Assembly: GCA_035546855.1 (NCBI GenBank)
Contig: DASZVY010000034.1
Coordinates: forward strand, 20,195 to 84,194
Reading direction: 5' to 3'
Origin: Nitrobacter sp.
Lineage (GTDB): Bacteria > Pseudomonadota > Alphaproteobacteria > Rhizobiales > Xanthobacteraceae
DNA length: 64,000 bases
Part shown: positions 1-9,918 of the stretch, piece by piece
Layout: every line of letters starts with the position of its first letter
How positions within the stretch are numbered: the first letter of the stretch is position 1
Notes under the pieces: model-generated
Databases searched by the model: none
Seen by the model: only the letters and a program-made list of their open reading frames with translations
Told to the model about the DNA's origin: nothing
Program-made: the position numbers and the translations under genes

Positions 1-212
1 ATCCCGAGCGGGATCGCAAGCCAGATCGGCGCGCCGGCATTATTGGCGTAGGCCAGCACCACATAGGCGCCGAGCATCGTCATCGACCCCTGCGCGAGGT
101 TCGGCACCGACGAGGATTTGTAGATCAGGACGATCCCCATCGCGACGAGCGCGTACATCAGGCCGACGAGAGCGCCGTTGATGGCCGATTCCAGCAGCAG
201 GAGCGGGTCCAT
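1..212 (-). CDS. Liv/HAAT-type branched-chain amino acid ABC transporter permease, N-terminal part (gene runs off the left edge)
   Basis: My translation of the reverse strand from the ATG at 212 gives MDPLLLLESAINGALVGLMYALVAMGIVLIYKSSSVPNLAQGSMTMLGAYVV, a typical LivH-type N-terminus. The start lies 1 nt after the stop of the upstream ligase gene (TGAgATG). Confidence 0.7.
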   Translation of the reverse strand, partial: MDPLLLLESAINGALVGLMYALVAMGIVLIYKSSSVPNLAQGSMTMLGAYVVLAYANNAGAPIWLAIPLG

Positions 213-213
213 C

Positions 214-2175
214 TCAGGCCTCCCGCACCGCGAGCGTGCGCTCGATGACGCCGACCTCGCCGGTCTCGTAACTGACCTGCGCCTTCATCAGCACGGTCTT
301 CTGATTGCTGTAGATGGCTTCGATGATCGGCGCATAGCGGGACTCGACCACGTTGCGGCGGATCTTGCGGGTTCGGGTGATCTCGCCGTCATCGGCGTCG
401 AATTCCTTGTGCAGGCAGACGAAGCGCTGGATTTGCAGGCCCGCAGGCAAGGTGCGGTTGACGTGCTTCACCGCATCCGTAATCAACTCGCCGACCTGCG
501 GCTTCTGCGACAGGTCGGCATAGGACATGTAGGAGATTCCGCGCAGCTCGGCCCACAAGCCGACGGCCTCCTTGTCGATGCAAACGATGGCGGCGAGGGT
601 GTCGCGGTCGCGTCCGAGCACGGCGGCATCCTTGATGTAGGGACTGAACTTCAGCCGGTTCTCGATGTAGTTCGGAATGAAGCGCTCGCCCTTGGCGGTA
701 TGCACGACATCGGACAGACGTCCCAGCACGACCAGATGGCCGTCGGGCTCGACGTAGCCGGCATCGCCCGAATGCAGCCATTCCCCGTCGAGGGTGGCGC
801 GGGTGGCTTCTTCCTGCTTGAAGTAGCCGCCGAACACGCTGCCGGAGCGGATCATGATCTCGCCGGCATCGCTGATCCGGATGTCGACGCCGGGCAGCGG
901 CCGGCCGACGGTGTGCAACCGCACCTCATCCGGGCCTTGAATGGCATTGTAGGCGCTGCTCTCGGTCTGGCCGTAGAGCTGCCGCAGCTTGATGCCGAGG
1001 GCACGGTAGAAGATGAAGGTATCTTCCCCCATCGCTTCGCCGCCCGTAAAAGCGCCGCGCAGGCGCGACAGGCCGAACTGGTCCTTGATCGGGCCGCACA
1101 CCAGCCACTCGCCGAGCGGGGCCAGCAGCTTCTGGCCGAGCGTGGGTTGCTTGTTGTCGAGCTTGCGTCGCTCCGCGGCAAGCGCCGACGACATGAAGAA
1201 TTGATAGATCGCTTTCTTGATCCGCGAGGAATCTTCCATGCGGACCTGAATCGTCGTCAGCAGGTTGTCCCAACTGCGCGGCGCAGCCAGATAGAATGTC
1301 GGCGCGATTTCCCTCAGGTCATGCAGCACCGTTTCCTGCCGCTCGGGAATGTTGATGGTGAACCGCAGCGCCATCCCGGCGCCCATGGTGACGGCGAAAT
1401 CGCCGACCCAGGCGATCGGCAGATAAGCCAGGATCGTTTCGTCGAAGCCGAAGGCGCCGCCGCGATAGGCGTTGCGGACGCCCGACAGGAAATTGCGGTG
1501 CGTGAGCACGATGCCCTTGGGTTTTCCGGTGCTGCCCGACGAATGCACGAAGACCGCCGGACCGTCCGGCTGGGCCCGGTTGATGAGTTCGTCGCGCAGT
1601 CGCGGATTTTGGGCGAGCCGCGCCGCCCCTCGGGCCTGGACGGAATCCCACGACATCAGGCCGGGATCGGGGTAGGACGCCAATCCCCGCGGGTCGTCGT
1701 AGACGATATGCGCGAGTCCCGCGCCCTGAAGACGCAACTCGAGCATCTTGTCGACCTGTTCCTGGTCCTCGGCCAGCGCGAAGCGGGCGTTCGCCTCGTG
1801 CACGAAGTGGTTGATCTCCTCGAGCGTGGCATCCGCGAAGGCGGGCATGGCATAGCCTTGCAGCGCGCCCGCCGAGAGCATGCCGGCATAAAGCCGCGGC
1901 CGGTTGTCGCCGACCACGAGCATGGTGTCGCCGGGCTTGAAGCCGAGGTCTTCAAGACCTGCGGCGAACGACAGCACGATGTCCAGCAGTCTGCGCCAAG
2001 TGATCTCTTGCCAGATGCCCTTGCTCTTTTCGCGCATCGCGGGGCGGTCGGGAAAGGCCTCGGCGTTGCGCGCCAGAAGCCGGATCAAGGTGCTGTCGAC
2101 GTTGAAGTCCCAGGTTTTGGTATCCGTGGGCCCGAAATCCGGTTGGCATGAGGAGGCGGCTTCAGCGTGTGCCAT
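214..2175 (-). CDS. AMP-dependent acyl-CoA synthetase (long-chain fatty acid-CoA ligase type)
   Basis: ORF 214..2220. Contains the AMP-binding motif SSGSTGKPKG and an adenylate-forming fold throughout. I chose the internal ATG at 2175 (MAHAEAASS) because it overlaps the stop of the upstream ATPase gene. Confidence 0.85.
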   Translation of the reverse strand: MAHAEAASSCQPDFGPTDTKTWDFNVDSTLIRLLARNAEAFPDRPAMREKSKGIWQEITWRRLLDIVLSFAAGLEDLGFKPGDTMLVVGDNRPRLYAGMLSAGALQGYAMPAFADATLEEINHFVHEANARFALAEDQEQVDKMLELRLQGAGLAHIVYDDPRGLASYPDPGLMSWDSVQARGAARLAQNPRLRDELINRAQPDGPAVFVHSSGSTGKPKGIVLTHRNFLSGVRNAYRGGAFGFDETILAYLPIAWVGDFAVTMGAGMALRFTINIPERQETVLHDLREIAPTFYLAAPRSWDNLLTTIQVRMEDSSRIKKAIYQFFMSSALAAERRKLDNKQPTLGQKLLAPLGEWLVCGPIKDQFGLSRLRGAFTGGEAMGEDTFIFYRALGIKLRQLYGQTESSAYNAIQGPDEVRLHTVGRPLPGVDIRISDAGEIMIRSGSVFGGYFKQEEATRATLDGEWLHSGDAGYVEPDGHLVVLGRLSDVVHTAKGERFIPNYIENRLKFSPYIKDAAVLGRDRDTLAAIVCIDKEAVGLWAELRGISYMSYADLSQKPQVGELITDAVKHVNRTLPAGLQIQRFVCLHKEFDADDGEITRTRKIRRNVVESRYAPIIEAIYSNQKTVLMKAQVSYETGEVGVIERTLAVREA

Positions 2176-2989
2176 GCGCGCCCCCGATATAGGCTTCGAC
2201 GACGCGCGGGTCGGCAACAACGTCGGCCGGCTTTCCGGAGCCGATCATGGCGCCGTAGTTCAGCGCCAGCATGCGGTCGCAGATGCCGGTGATGACATCC
2301 ATGTGGTGCTCGATCAGCAGCACCGTCACCTTGCGTTCGTCGCGCGCATCGAGAATGAAGCGCGCCATGTATTCCTTTTCTTCCTGATTCATCCCGGCCA
2401 TCGGCTCGTCGAGGATCAGGAAGCTTGGCTCCGCGGCCAGCGCGCGGGCGAGTTCAACGCGCTTTTTGAGGCCGATCGGGATTCCGTCGACGAGCTCGTC
2501 GCGGACGCTCTCGAGTTGCAGGAAATCAATGACATCCTCGGCCACCGCCCGGTTGGCGGTCTCGTCACTGCGGGCGAGCCACCAGTAGAGCGCCGTACGC
2601 GCCACGCCGGGCTTCATGTGGATGTGGCGGCCGAGCAGGATGTTGTCGAGCACGCTCATGCCATTGAAGAGCGCCAGGTTCTGGAAGGTGCGGGCGATCC
2701 CGAGCGTCGCGACTCTGTAGGGCGCGATGCCGGTGATGTCGTGGCCGTTGAGCAGGATGTTGCCGCGCTGGGGCGGATAGAAACCCGTGATCGCGTTGGT
2801 CAGTGTCGTTTTGCCGCAGCCGTTGGGGCCGACCAGTCCGAATATCTCGCCGCGCGCGATCCGCATATCGACGCCGTTTAATGCAACGATGCCGCCGAAT
2901 CGCCGCTCGACGGACCGGCATTCAAGAACGGGATCACTGGTGTCCTCAGCCAAGGCCACGTGCGGCTTCCATCCCCTCGGATTGTGCAA
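2162..2989 (-). CDS. ABC transporter ATP-binding protein, LivG-like
   Basis: Walker A GPNGCGKTT, Walker B FLILDEPMAGM, and H-loop LLIEHHMD typical of Liv-type ATPases. Confidence 0.85.
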   Translation of the reverse strand: MHNPRGWKPHVALAEDTSDPVLECRSVERRFGGIVALNGVDMRIARGEIFGLVGPNGCGKTTLTNAITGFYPPQRGNILLNGHDITGIAPYRVATLGIARTFQNLALFNGMSVLDNILLGRHIHMKPGVARTALYWWLARSDETANRAVAEDVIDFLQLESVRDELVDGIPIGLKKRVELARALAAEPSFLILDEPMAGMNQEEKEYMARFILDARDERKVTVLLIEHHMDVITGICDRMLALNYGAMIGSGKPADVVADPRVVEAYIGGAHGTR

Positions 2990-3222
2990 TGCGTTCGTCA
3001 GTGCACGATCATCGTCTCAGCGCCCTTTGTTGGCAGGGCTTTCCGTCAGGCTAGCGAACGCAATATTCCCATGCAAGCGAACCTTGGATCGCGGGAACGC
3101 TGCTGATGGTCGCAGGACGGCGCCGGTACACCGGCAACCGGTTGGTCAGACTGCCGGCCATCGGTCTGCACCTTGCGCCATGGAAGTCGGGGATTCCTTT
3201 CCGGGCGTCGCGACACGGCACT

Positions 3223-5211
3223 TCATTGCGGTTCGACGACAACGACCACCGCGTTGCGCTCGACGGTTTCGCCCGCTCGGCAGTTCACGGCGGTGACCAT
3301 GCCGTCGATCTCACTGCTGACGCGCAACTCCATCTTCATCGACTCGAGCACGACCGCAATATCACCGGCCTTGACCCGATCGCCGACGGCGACATTGACC
3401 TTCAGGATCATCCCCATCATCGGCGCCCGAAGCTGACCGCTGGCCTCGGCTGCCGCACTGATGTAGGTGAGATAGGGGACGGCGGCGAAGCTGTGCGTCC
3501 CATGGCGGTCGTGAACATGGATCGTCTGGTCGTGCTGGACGATGCGGACGGTCTCGCGGCGCTTGCCGATGACCGCCGTGAACCTGTCATCGGCGAGCGC
3601 GATCAGCGCGACCGCCAGTTTTTGATCGTTGACGCCGACAACCATCGCCCCATCGGGCTGCAACGGGCCAAACCGGATTTCCGCGCTGGCGCCGCCCTGG
3701 GCCAGATGAAGGATCGGAATCGGCGACAGGCCGTCGCCGCCGGCGGTCATTTGCCATCCGGTCAGGCTCCGGGACTGCCACGGGTTTGCCACAACGTGCG
3801 GGCGCTGCCGCAGCATCCAAAAATATGCGCCAAGGGCGAGGGCTTCGACCGCCGGATCGGCGGCCGGGTCGATCAGTTCACCGATGACGTCATCGATCAG
3901 CCGGGTGTGGAATGCCGCCCGACGCGTTGCGGGCAGATCGATCAAGCGCTTGAGAAAATCCTGATTGGTCGTGACCCCGAAGATCGACGTGTCGTCGAGC
4001 GCCTGCGCCAGCCGATCCAGAGCTTCGTCGCGTGATGCGGCATGCGTGATCAGCTTGGCCAGCATCGAGTCGTAATAGGGCGTGACGACGGACCCGTTTT
4101 CGATCCCGGTTTCGATGCGCACCCCGTCCGCAGGAAAACAGGCGTGCGCGATCCGTCCTGTGCTCGGCAGGAAGTTGTTGGCCGGATCTTCGGCGCACAA
4201 CCGCGCCTCGACGGCATGACCCGTGCAAATCAGATCGCTCTGCGTGAAGGGAAGGCCCTTGCCGCAAGCGATGTCCAGCATCAGTTCGACAATATCGACT
4301 CCCGTGATCATCTCGGTGACGGGGTGTTCCACCTGCAGTCGCGGATTCACTTCGAGAAAGTAATAATCCTCACCGCTGAGGATGAACTCGACGGTGCCGA
4401 CGCCACGATAGTTCAACCGCTTGCCAAGCCGAACCGCGTCCGCAGCCATGCGGTCGCGCAAGCCCGCGGGCAGGTTGGCGGCGGGCGCCTCTTCGATCAC
4501 CTTCTGATGGCGACGCTGTAACGAGCATTCGCGCTCGAACAGGTGGATGACGTCGCCTTTGCCGTCGCCCGCGATCTGGATTTCGATATGCCGCCCGTGC
4601 GCGATCAGCTTTTCGACGATGAGGCCGGCAGAGCCGAACGAGTTCCTGGCTTCGCGCATGGCCGACTCGATTTCATCAGCGATGCCATCGAAGGATGTGA
4701 CGACGCGCATGCCCTTGCCGCCGCCGCCGGCCGCGGCTTTCAACATCACCGGCAGGCCGATCTCGCGGACGATGCGTTCGACCTCAGCCTTGTCCTCGCT
4801 CGGCGCGGTGCTGCCCGGAATGATCGGAACGCCGGCGGCCTGGGCTTCCTGTTTGGCGAGCGCCTTGTCGCCGAGGCGCTCGATCACGTCTGACGTCGGA
4901 CCGATGAACACGAGCCCGGCGGCCTCGACCGCGCGGGCGAAGGCCGGGTTCTCCGCCAGAAAGCCGAACCCGGGATGGATCGCCTGCGCGCCCGTCATTC
5001 TCGCGGCTTCGATGACGGTATCGATGCGCAGATAGCTTTCGGATGCGGGCGCGCCACCGATCGCGATGGATTCCCCGATCGCCTTCACATGAAGCGCATC
5101 GGCATCGGCCGATGAGTGCACGCCGGCGACGGCAACGCCGAGACGGCGGCAGGTGCGGGCGATCCGGCAGGCGATTTCGCCGCGATTGGCGATGAGGATT
5201 TTATCGAACAC
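3223..5211 (-). CDS. Acyl-CoA carboxylase alpha subunit (biotin carboxylase plus biotin carboxyl carrier domain)
   Basis: GTG start. N-terminus MFDKILIANRGEIACRIARTCRRLG is the biotin carboxylase signature. C-terminal biotinylation motif LESMKMEL. 662 aa matches methylcrotonyl/geranyl-CoA carboxylase alpha length. Confidence 0.9.
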   Translation of the reverse strand: MFDKILIANRGEIACRIARTCRRLGVAVAGVHSSADADALHVKAIGESIAIGGAPASESYLRIDTVIEAARMTGAQAIHPGFGFLAENPAFARAVEAAGLVFIGPTSDVIERLGDKALAKQEAQAAGVPIIPGSTAPSEDKAEVERIVREIGLPVMLKAAAGGGGKGMRVVTSFDGIADEIESAMREARNSFGSAGLIVEKLIAHGRHIEIQIAGDGKGDVIHLFERECSLQRRHQKVIEEAPAANLPAGLRDRMAADAVRLGKRLNYRGVGTVEFILSGEDYYFLEVNPRLQVEHPVTEMITGVDIVELMLDIACGKGLPFTQSDLICTGHAVEARLCAEDPANNFLPSTGRIAHACFPADGVRIETGIENGSVVTPYYDSMLAKLITHAASRDEALDRLAQALDDTSIFGVTTNQDFLKRLIDLPATRRAAFHTRLIDDVIGELIDPAADPAVEALALGAYFWMLRQRPHVVANPWQSRSLTGWQMTAGGDGLSPIPILHLAQGGASAEIRFGPLQPDGAMVVGVNDQKLAVALIALADDRFTAVIGKRRETVRIVQHDQTIHVHDRHGTHSFAAVPYLTYISAAAEASGQLRAPMMGMILKVNVAVGDRVKAGDIAVVLESMKMELRVSSEIDGMVTAVNCRAGETVERNAVVVVVEPQ

Positions 5212-5229
5212 GCGAAGAGTCCTTTGCCG

Positions 5230-6837
5230 TCACATCCGCAGCACGCCGAAATGGGTCGGCTGCGCGGGGAGGCGGCCGGCGAGATCGAGCAGGAGCGCCA
5301 TCGTCTGCCGCGTCTCCAGCGGATCGATCACCATGTCGCACCAGGTGTTGCGGGCGAAGTTGTAGGCGCTCGCGAAGTCCTCGAAGTGCTGGCGCACCGG
5401 CGCGCGATAAGCCTCGCGCTCCTCTTCGGTCCAACTTGTGCCGTCACGCTTGTGCGCTTCGTCCTTCACCATGGCGAGCGTGTTGGCGGCCTGATCCGGC
5501 CCCATGATCGCCGAGCGTCCGTTCGGCCACATCATCATCGCGTTGGCCCTCATAGGCCGGCCGCACATCGACATGTAGCCGGCGCCGTAGGAATTGCCGA
5601 TGATCAGCGTGTATTTCGGCACGTCGGCGCTGGCCATTGCCGTGATCATCTTGGCGCCGTCCTTGGAGATGCCGCCTTCCTCGGCGGCGCGGCCCACCAT
5701 GAAGCCGGTGACGTCGGCCATGAACAAGAGCGGGATGTCGCGCTTGCAGCACAGGTCGATGAAGTGCGTCGCCTTCAGCGCCGACTCCGAGAACAGCACG
5801 CCGTTGTTGCAGATGATGCCGATCTCGAAGCCCATGATGCGGGCGAAGCCGGTGATCAGTGTGTCGCCATAGAGCGGCTTGAATTCGTGGAATTCACTGT
5901 CATCGACGAGACGCGCCACGATCTCGCGATTGTTGGTCGGGACGCGCGGATCGGCGCTGATCAGGCCGTAGATGTCGGCGGGATCGTAGCGCGGCGCGCG
6001 CGGCTGCGCGATGTCCCAGCGCTGGGTCGGAATGTCGCCGAGGTTGGCGACGATGTCGCGGGTGATGGCGATGGCGTGGCTGTCATTCTCCGCCAGATGA
6101 TCGGTGACGCCGCTGATGCGGCTGTGCATCTCGCCGCCACCGAGTTCCTCGACGCCGACTTCCTCTTTGGTCGCGGCATAGACCAGTTGCGGACCGCCGA
6201 GGAACATGGCGCCCTGATTGCGGACGATGACCGTCTCGTCGCACAGCGCCGGCATGTAGGCGCCGCCGGCGGTGGAAGGGCCGTGCACGACAGCGATCTG
6301 CGGTATGCCTTCGCCGGACATGCGAACCTGGTTGTAGAAGATCGAGCCGAACTGGCCTTCGTCGGGGAAGATATTGGGCTGGTCGGGCAGGTTGGCGCCG
6401 CCGGATTGCACCAGCGTGACGCAGGGCAGACGATGCTGCCAGGCGAAGCGTTGCGCGCGCACATGCTTCTTGCAGGTGATGCCGTAGTAGGTGCCGCCTT
6501 TCACCGTCGCGTCGTTGGCGATCACCATGCAGGGTCGGCCGGACACGATGCCGACGCCGGTAATGATGCTGCCGCCGGGAGGAACGCCTTCATAAAGACC
6601 TTCGCCGGCCAATTGGCAGAACTCGAGGAACGGCGAGCCGGGGTCGAGCAGCGCGGTGATCCGCTCGCGCGGCAGCAATTGCTTGCGCTCCTTGTGCAGC
6701 CTGCGTGCCCGCTCCGGGCCGCCGAGCACCGCGGCGGCGCGGCGCTTGTGCAGGTCGGCGATCCGCGCGTCGTAGACTTGACGGTTGCGGCGATATTCGT
6801 CGCTCCCGGTGGAGATGTCGGATTTCAGAATGGCCAT
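5230..6837 (-). CDS. Acyl-CoA carboxylase beta subunit (carboxyltransferase, methylcrotonyl/geranyl-CoA carboxylase type)
   Basis: ORF 5230..6996. The internal ATG at 6837 (MAILKSDISTGSDEY) gives about 535 aa. Carboxyltransferase similarity runs throughout (IANDATVKGGTYY, VVHGPSTAGGAYMPA). Confidence 0.9.
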   Translation of the reverse strand: MAILKSDISTGSDEYRRNRQVYDARIADLHKRRAAAVLGGPERARRLHKERKQLLPRERITALLDPGSPFLEFCQLAGEGLYEGVPPGGSIITGVGIVSGRPCMVIANDATVKGGTYYGITCKKHVRAQRFAWQHRLPCVTLVQSGGANLPDQPNIFPDEGQFGSIFYNQVRMSGEGIPQIAVVHGPSTAGGAYMPALCDETVIVRNQGAMFLGGPQLVYAATKEEVGVEELGGGEMHSRISGVTDHLAENDSHAIAITRDIVANLGDIPTQRWDIAQPRAPRYDPADIYGLISADPRVPTNNREIVARLVDDSEFHEFKPLYGDTLITGFARIMGFEIGIICNNGVLFSESALKATHFIDLCCKRDIPLLFMADVTGFMVGRAAEEGGISKDGAKMITAMASADVPKYTLIIGNSYGAGYMSMCGRPMRANAMMMWPNGRSAIMGPDQAANTLAMVKDEAHKRDGTSWTEEEREAYRAPVRQHFEDFASAYNFARNTWCDMVIDPLETRQTMALLLDLAGRLPAQPTHFGVLRM

Positions 6838-6848
6838 GCGGGACGGTC

Positions 6849-8012
6849 CTAGTAACTGCGCGGCAAGCCCATCACGCGCTCGCCGATGTAATTGAGCAGC
6901 ATCTCGCGATTCAGCGGCGCGGTCTTGAGCAGCCGGACCAGCGGGTAGATGTCGAAGATGCCATATTCCCTCGTGAAGCCGTTGCCGCCGTGGCACTGCA
7001 GCGCGACGTCAACGGCCTTGGTGCCGGCGTCGGCCGCCGCCAGCTTGGCCATGTTGGCGAACTCGCCGGCTTCGCGGCCCTGATCGAACACCCATGCCGC
7101 CTTCAGCGTCATCAGCGACGCCAGTTCGATGTCGGTATAGGCGCTGGCCAGCGGGTGCTGCAGGCCCTGATAGGAGCCGATCGGCGCGTTGTTGAAGACC
7201 TTGCGCTCGCTGGCATACGCGACCGCGCGATTGAGCGCGAAACGGCCGAGCCCGCAGCAGATCGAGCCGACCAGGATGCGTTCCGGGTTGAGACTCTTGA
7301 ACAGGATTTCGAAGCCGCGATCGATCTCGCCAACAATGTCCTCGGGGCCGAGATCGACATCGTCGAAGAACAGTTGCCATTGGGTTTCGGGAGCGGGGAT
7401 ACTGACCGGGATGTATTGCTTGGTGACGCCTTTCGCCTTGAGGTCGACCACGAACAGCGTGAAGCCATCGGTCTTCCGCGTCACCTCGGCATGCGGGATC
7501 GTGCGGGTGACCACCAGCGCGTAATCGGAGCCATCGGCATCGGTGATAAACGTCTTCTGGCCATTGAGAGAAAAGCGATTGCCGTTGCGTCTCGCCAGCG
7601 TGATGATGCGCATGGAATTGGTGCCGGCGTCCGGTTCGGTGATGGCGAAACAGAAGCGGGTCCTGCCGGCGCAGGCATCGGGCAGATAGCGTCGTTTCTG
7701 CTGCTCGCTGCCGTATTTGGCGATGAAGCCGAGGCTCATGGTCGCCCCGACCACGAGATTGAGCAGCGGAATGCCATTGTTGGACATCCCTTCGAGAAAC
7801 AGGTGCATCTCGGTCATGCCCTGACCGGCGCCGCCGTATTGCTCCGGCACCATCATGCCGACGAAGCCGTCGTCCGCCACGCGACGATAGAGCGCTTCGG
7901 GAAACTCGCGCTTGTCGGCGCATTCCATCCAGTATCTGCGATCGTACTGCTTGGCGACCGAATTGCCGTAATCGAGGATCTGTTGCTGCTCATGCGTCAG
8001 GTCGAAATTCAT
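6849..8012 (-). CDS. Acyl-CoA dehydrogenase
   Basis: ORF 6849..8123. ATG at 8012 (MNFDLTHEQQQILDY) gives 387 aa. ACAD N-, middle and C-terminal domain pattern (CFAITEPDAGTNS, QCHGGNGFTREY). Confidence 0.9.
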   Translation of the reverse strand: MNFDLTHEQQQILDYGNSVAKQYDRRYWMECADKREFPEALYRRVADDGFVGMMVPEQYGGAGQGMTEMHLFLEGMSNNGIPLLNLVVGATMSLGFIAKYGSEQQKRRYLPDACAGRTRFCFAITEPDAGTNSMRIITLARRNGNRFSLNGQKTFITDADGSDYALVVTRTIPHAEVTRKTDGFTLFVVDLKAKGVTKQYIPVSIPAPETQWQLFFDDVDLGPEDIVGEIDRGFEILFKSLNPERILVGSICCGLGRFALNRAVAYASERKVFNNAPIGSYQGLQHPLASAYTDIELASLMTLKAAWVFDQGREAGEFANMAKLAAADAGTKAVDVALQCHGGNGFTREYGIFDIYPLVRLLKTAPLNREMLLNYIGERVMGLPRSY

Positions 8013-8140
8013 CCAAAAAAACCCTTTTGCGCGTCCCTTGCCGTCAAACTCCCGCAAGCCGTCGCCATCCTCACATCCTGTCCCGGCGTCTGCCATCTTC
8101 GGGCAGAAGAAACCGAATTGCAATCTGACGACCTTAAAAA

Positions 8141-8156
8141 TCTAACATTTGTTAGA
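8141..8156. promoter_or_regulatory. Operator-like palindrome TCTAACAttTGTTAGA (perfect 7-bp arms)
   Basis: Read directly from the sequence. It is an AT-rich island in the intergenic region upstream of the acyl-CoA dehydrogenase/carboxylase operon. One of five copies in the window. Confidence 0.7.
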
Positions 8157-8261
8157 AAACGACCTGAAGCTTTTTCAAGCTGGAGCGCCGGCATCGCGCA
8201 CAGAACGTTGGCCCGCCCGAAGCTCGCGTGCAGCGAACGGCCTTAAAACACCAGCAAAGTG

Positions 8262-9803
8262 CTAGGCTTCTCTGATCCGGCCTTCCAGCTCGTGACGCTG
8301 GACCTTGCCGCTCGTCGAGCGGGGAAAGTCGGCGAATTCGATAAACCGGATTTCCTTGGGACACTTGTATCCGGCGAGATCACGCCGACACATCTCCAGC
8401 AGGTCTCGCTCCGAAACGCCGGAATCGCGCCGCGCCACGAAGGCGACCGGAACCTCGCCCCACTTGACGTCCGCGGCGCGGACCACGGCGGCCTCGGTGA
8501 TGCGGGGATCGCTCATGAGGACGCGCTCGATCTCGGCCGGATAGACGTTTTCGCCGCCTGTCTTGATCATGTATTTGGCGCGATCGACGAAATCCAGCGT
8601 GCCGTCCGCATTGCGCCGGAAGACATCGCCCATGTGAAACCAGCCGCCGCGAAAATCGCGGGCGTTTGTCTCGTCGGCTTGCCAGTAACCCGAAAACAAG
8701 GTCGGTCCGCGGATTGCCAGTTCACCGGGAGTCCCCGGCGCGACCTCATTGTCGTCGGGATCGACGAGCTTCACCTCGCACAAGGCGCTTTGCTGCTTGG
8801 AGAGCCGCGTCGGTGTTTCACCGACGGGAATCAGGGCACGAGATGCCGGTGGCAGGCCGGTTTCAGTGGAGCCGAAGCTGTTGAGATAGGGGGCGCCGAG
8901 CAGGGTCGTTACCTCGGACAGGACATGCGGCGGGACGAGGTCGGCCATCGCCCCGCAGCAGACGATGCCTTTGACGGTTGTTCGATGCGAGCGAAGGCCG
9001 GCGACGAAAGCGTCGATCATGCCGGGAATCAGAACCAGCCAGCCGATGGCGTACCGTTCGATGGCCGACAGCATCGGCTCGATCTGAAAACCGTCCACGA
9101 CAATGACGGTTCCGCCGCGCATCAGCGTCGCCAAGGCATGATCCGTCGAGGCCATGTGGAACAGCGGCGCCCAGGCGACAAACGCGTCGAGCGGCCGAAT
9201 GCCGAGTTCGGAAGTGAAGGCCATGCTGCGCGCCACCATGGCACGATGCGAAATGATCGCGCCTTTCGGCAGGCCGGTGGTGCCGCTGGTATAGAGGATG
9301 ACGAGGCCGTCCTCTGGTTCGGCTTTGTCGACTGGCGTCGCCGCATGGTGTTGTCGCAGCAACTGCTCGTAGGGCTCGCCAAGCAGGAGGGTGGTTCGCC
9401 CCGCGCTCGCGGGCTGGTCGAGGTTGCCGATCAGATCGGGTTCGGCAATCACCAGCTTTGGCGATACCAGATCGACGCAATAGGTGAGCTCACGTTTTGA
9501 CAGTCGCCAATTCTGGCATGCGGTGATCACGCCGAGGTTTCCGGCCGCGAGTTCGATCTCGAGATACTCCGGCCTGTTGCGCGAGAGCAGGGCAAGGCGA
9601 TCGCCGCGCTTCAGGCCAAGGCTTACGAGAGCCGACGTCAGCCGTTCGACGCGGTCCGTCAACTCGCCATAGGTGATCCGCCGATCCCGATATTCGATCG
9701 CGATGGACGATCTCTGGATCGAGGCGCGGGTGCGAAACAGCGCGCTGACCGTCGGTGTCGCACCGGCGGCTTTCGTCGGGGAATCTTCGGATTTGTCGGC
9801 CAT
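8262..9803 (-). CDS. AMP-dependent acyl-CoA ligase (medium/long-chain fatty-acid-CoA ligase family)
   Basis: ORF 8262..9842. ATG at 9803 (MADKSEDSP). Motifs YTSGTTGLPKGA and GWFHMGD, plus C-terminal PRSTSGKVQR. Confidence 0.85.
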   Translation of the reverse strand: MADKSEDSPTKAAGATPTVSALFRTRASIQRSSIAIEYRDRRITYGELTDRVERLTSALVSLGLKRGDRLALLSRNRPEYLEIELAAGNLGVITACQNWRLSKRELTYCVDLVSPKLVIAEPDLIGNLDQPASAGRTTLLLGEPYEQLLRQHHAATPVDKAEPEDGLVILYTSGTTGLPKGAIISHRAMVARSMAFTSELGIRPLDAFVAWAPLFHMASTDHALATLMRGGTVIVVDGFQIEPMLSAIERYAIGWLVLIPGMIDAFVAGLRSHRTTVKGIVCCGAMADLVPPHVLSEVTTLLGAPYLNSFGSTETGLPPASRALIPVGETPTRLSKQQSALCEVKLVDPDDNEVAPGTPGELAIRGPTLFSGYWQADETNARDFRGGWFHMGDVFRRNADGTLDFVDRAKYMIKTGGENVYPAEIERVLMSDPRITEAAVVRAADVKWGEVPVAFVARRDSGVSERDLLEMCRRDLAGYKCPKEIRFIEFADFPRSTSGKVQRHELEGRIREA

Positions 9804-9880
9804 GCTTCCACCCTGGCGATCGTTTCTTCCGGCGCCGTTCACGCGCCCGACTTGCGGCGCTTCGCCAAACAGTCTTAAAT

Positions 9881-9896
9881 TCTAACATCTGTTCGA
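9881..9896. promoter_or_regulatory. Operator-like palindrome TCTAACAtcTGTTCGA (one arm mismatch)
   Basis: Lies in the divergent promoter region between the ligase (start 9803, minus) and the enoyl-CoA hydratase (start 9919, plus). Confidence 0.65.
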
Positions 9897-9918
9897 ATAA
9901 ATGTAAGGACCAATCGAG

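Noticed and set aside
178-2151. Very long antisense ORFs opposite real genes. Examples: 178..2151 (+), 5116..6852 (+), 6705..8246 (+), 9490..10683 (-), 19265..22408 (+), 24643..25995 (+), 31213..32889 (-), 43701..45674 (+), 52886..54052 (+) and 60985..62214 (-).
   Set aside because: Their translations are Arg/Ala/Gly/Asp-rich low-complexity sequence with no recognisable motifs. The opposite strand carries clear family signatures. Long stop-free shadow frames are expected in GC-rich DNA.
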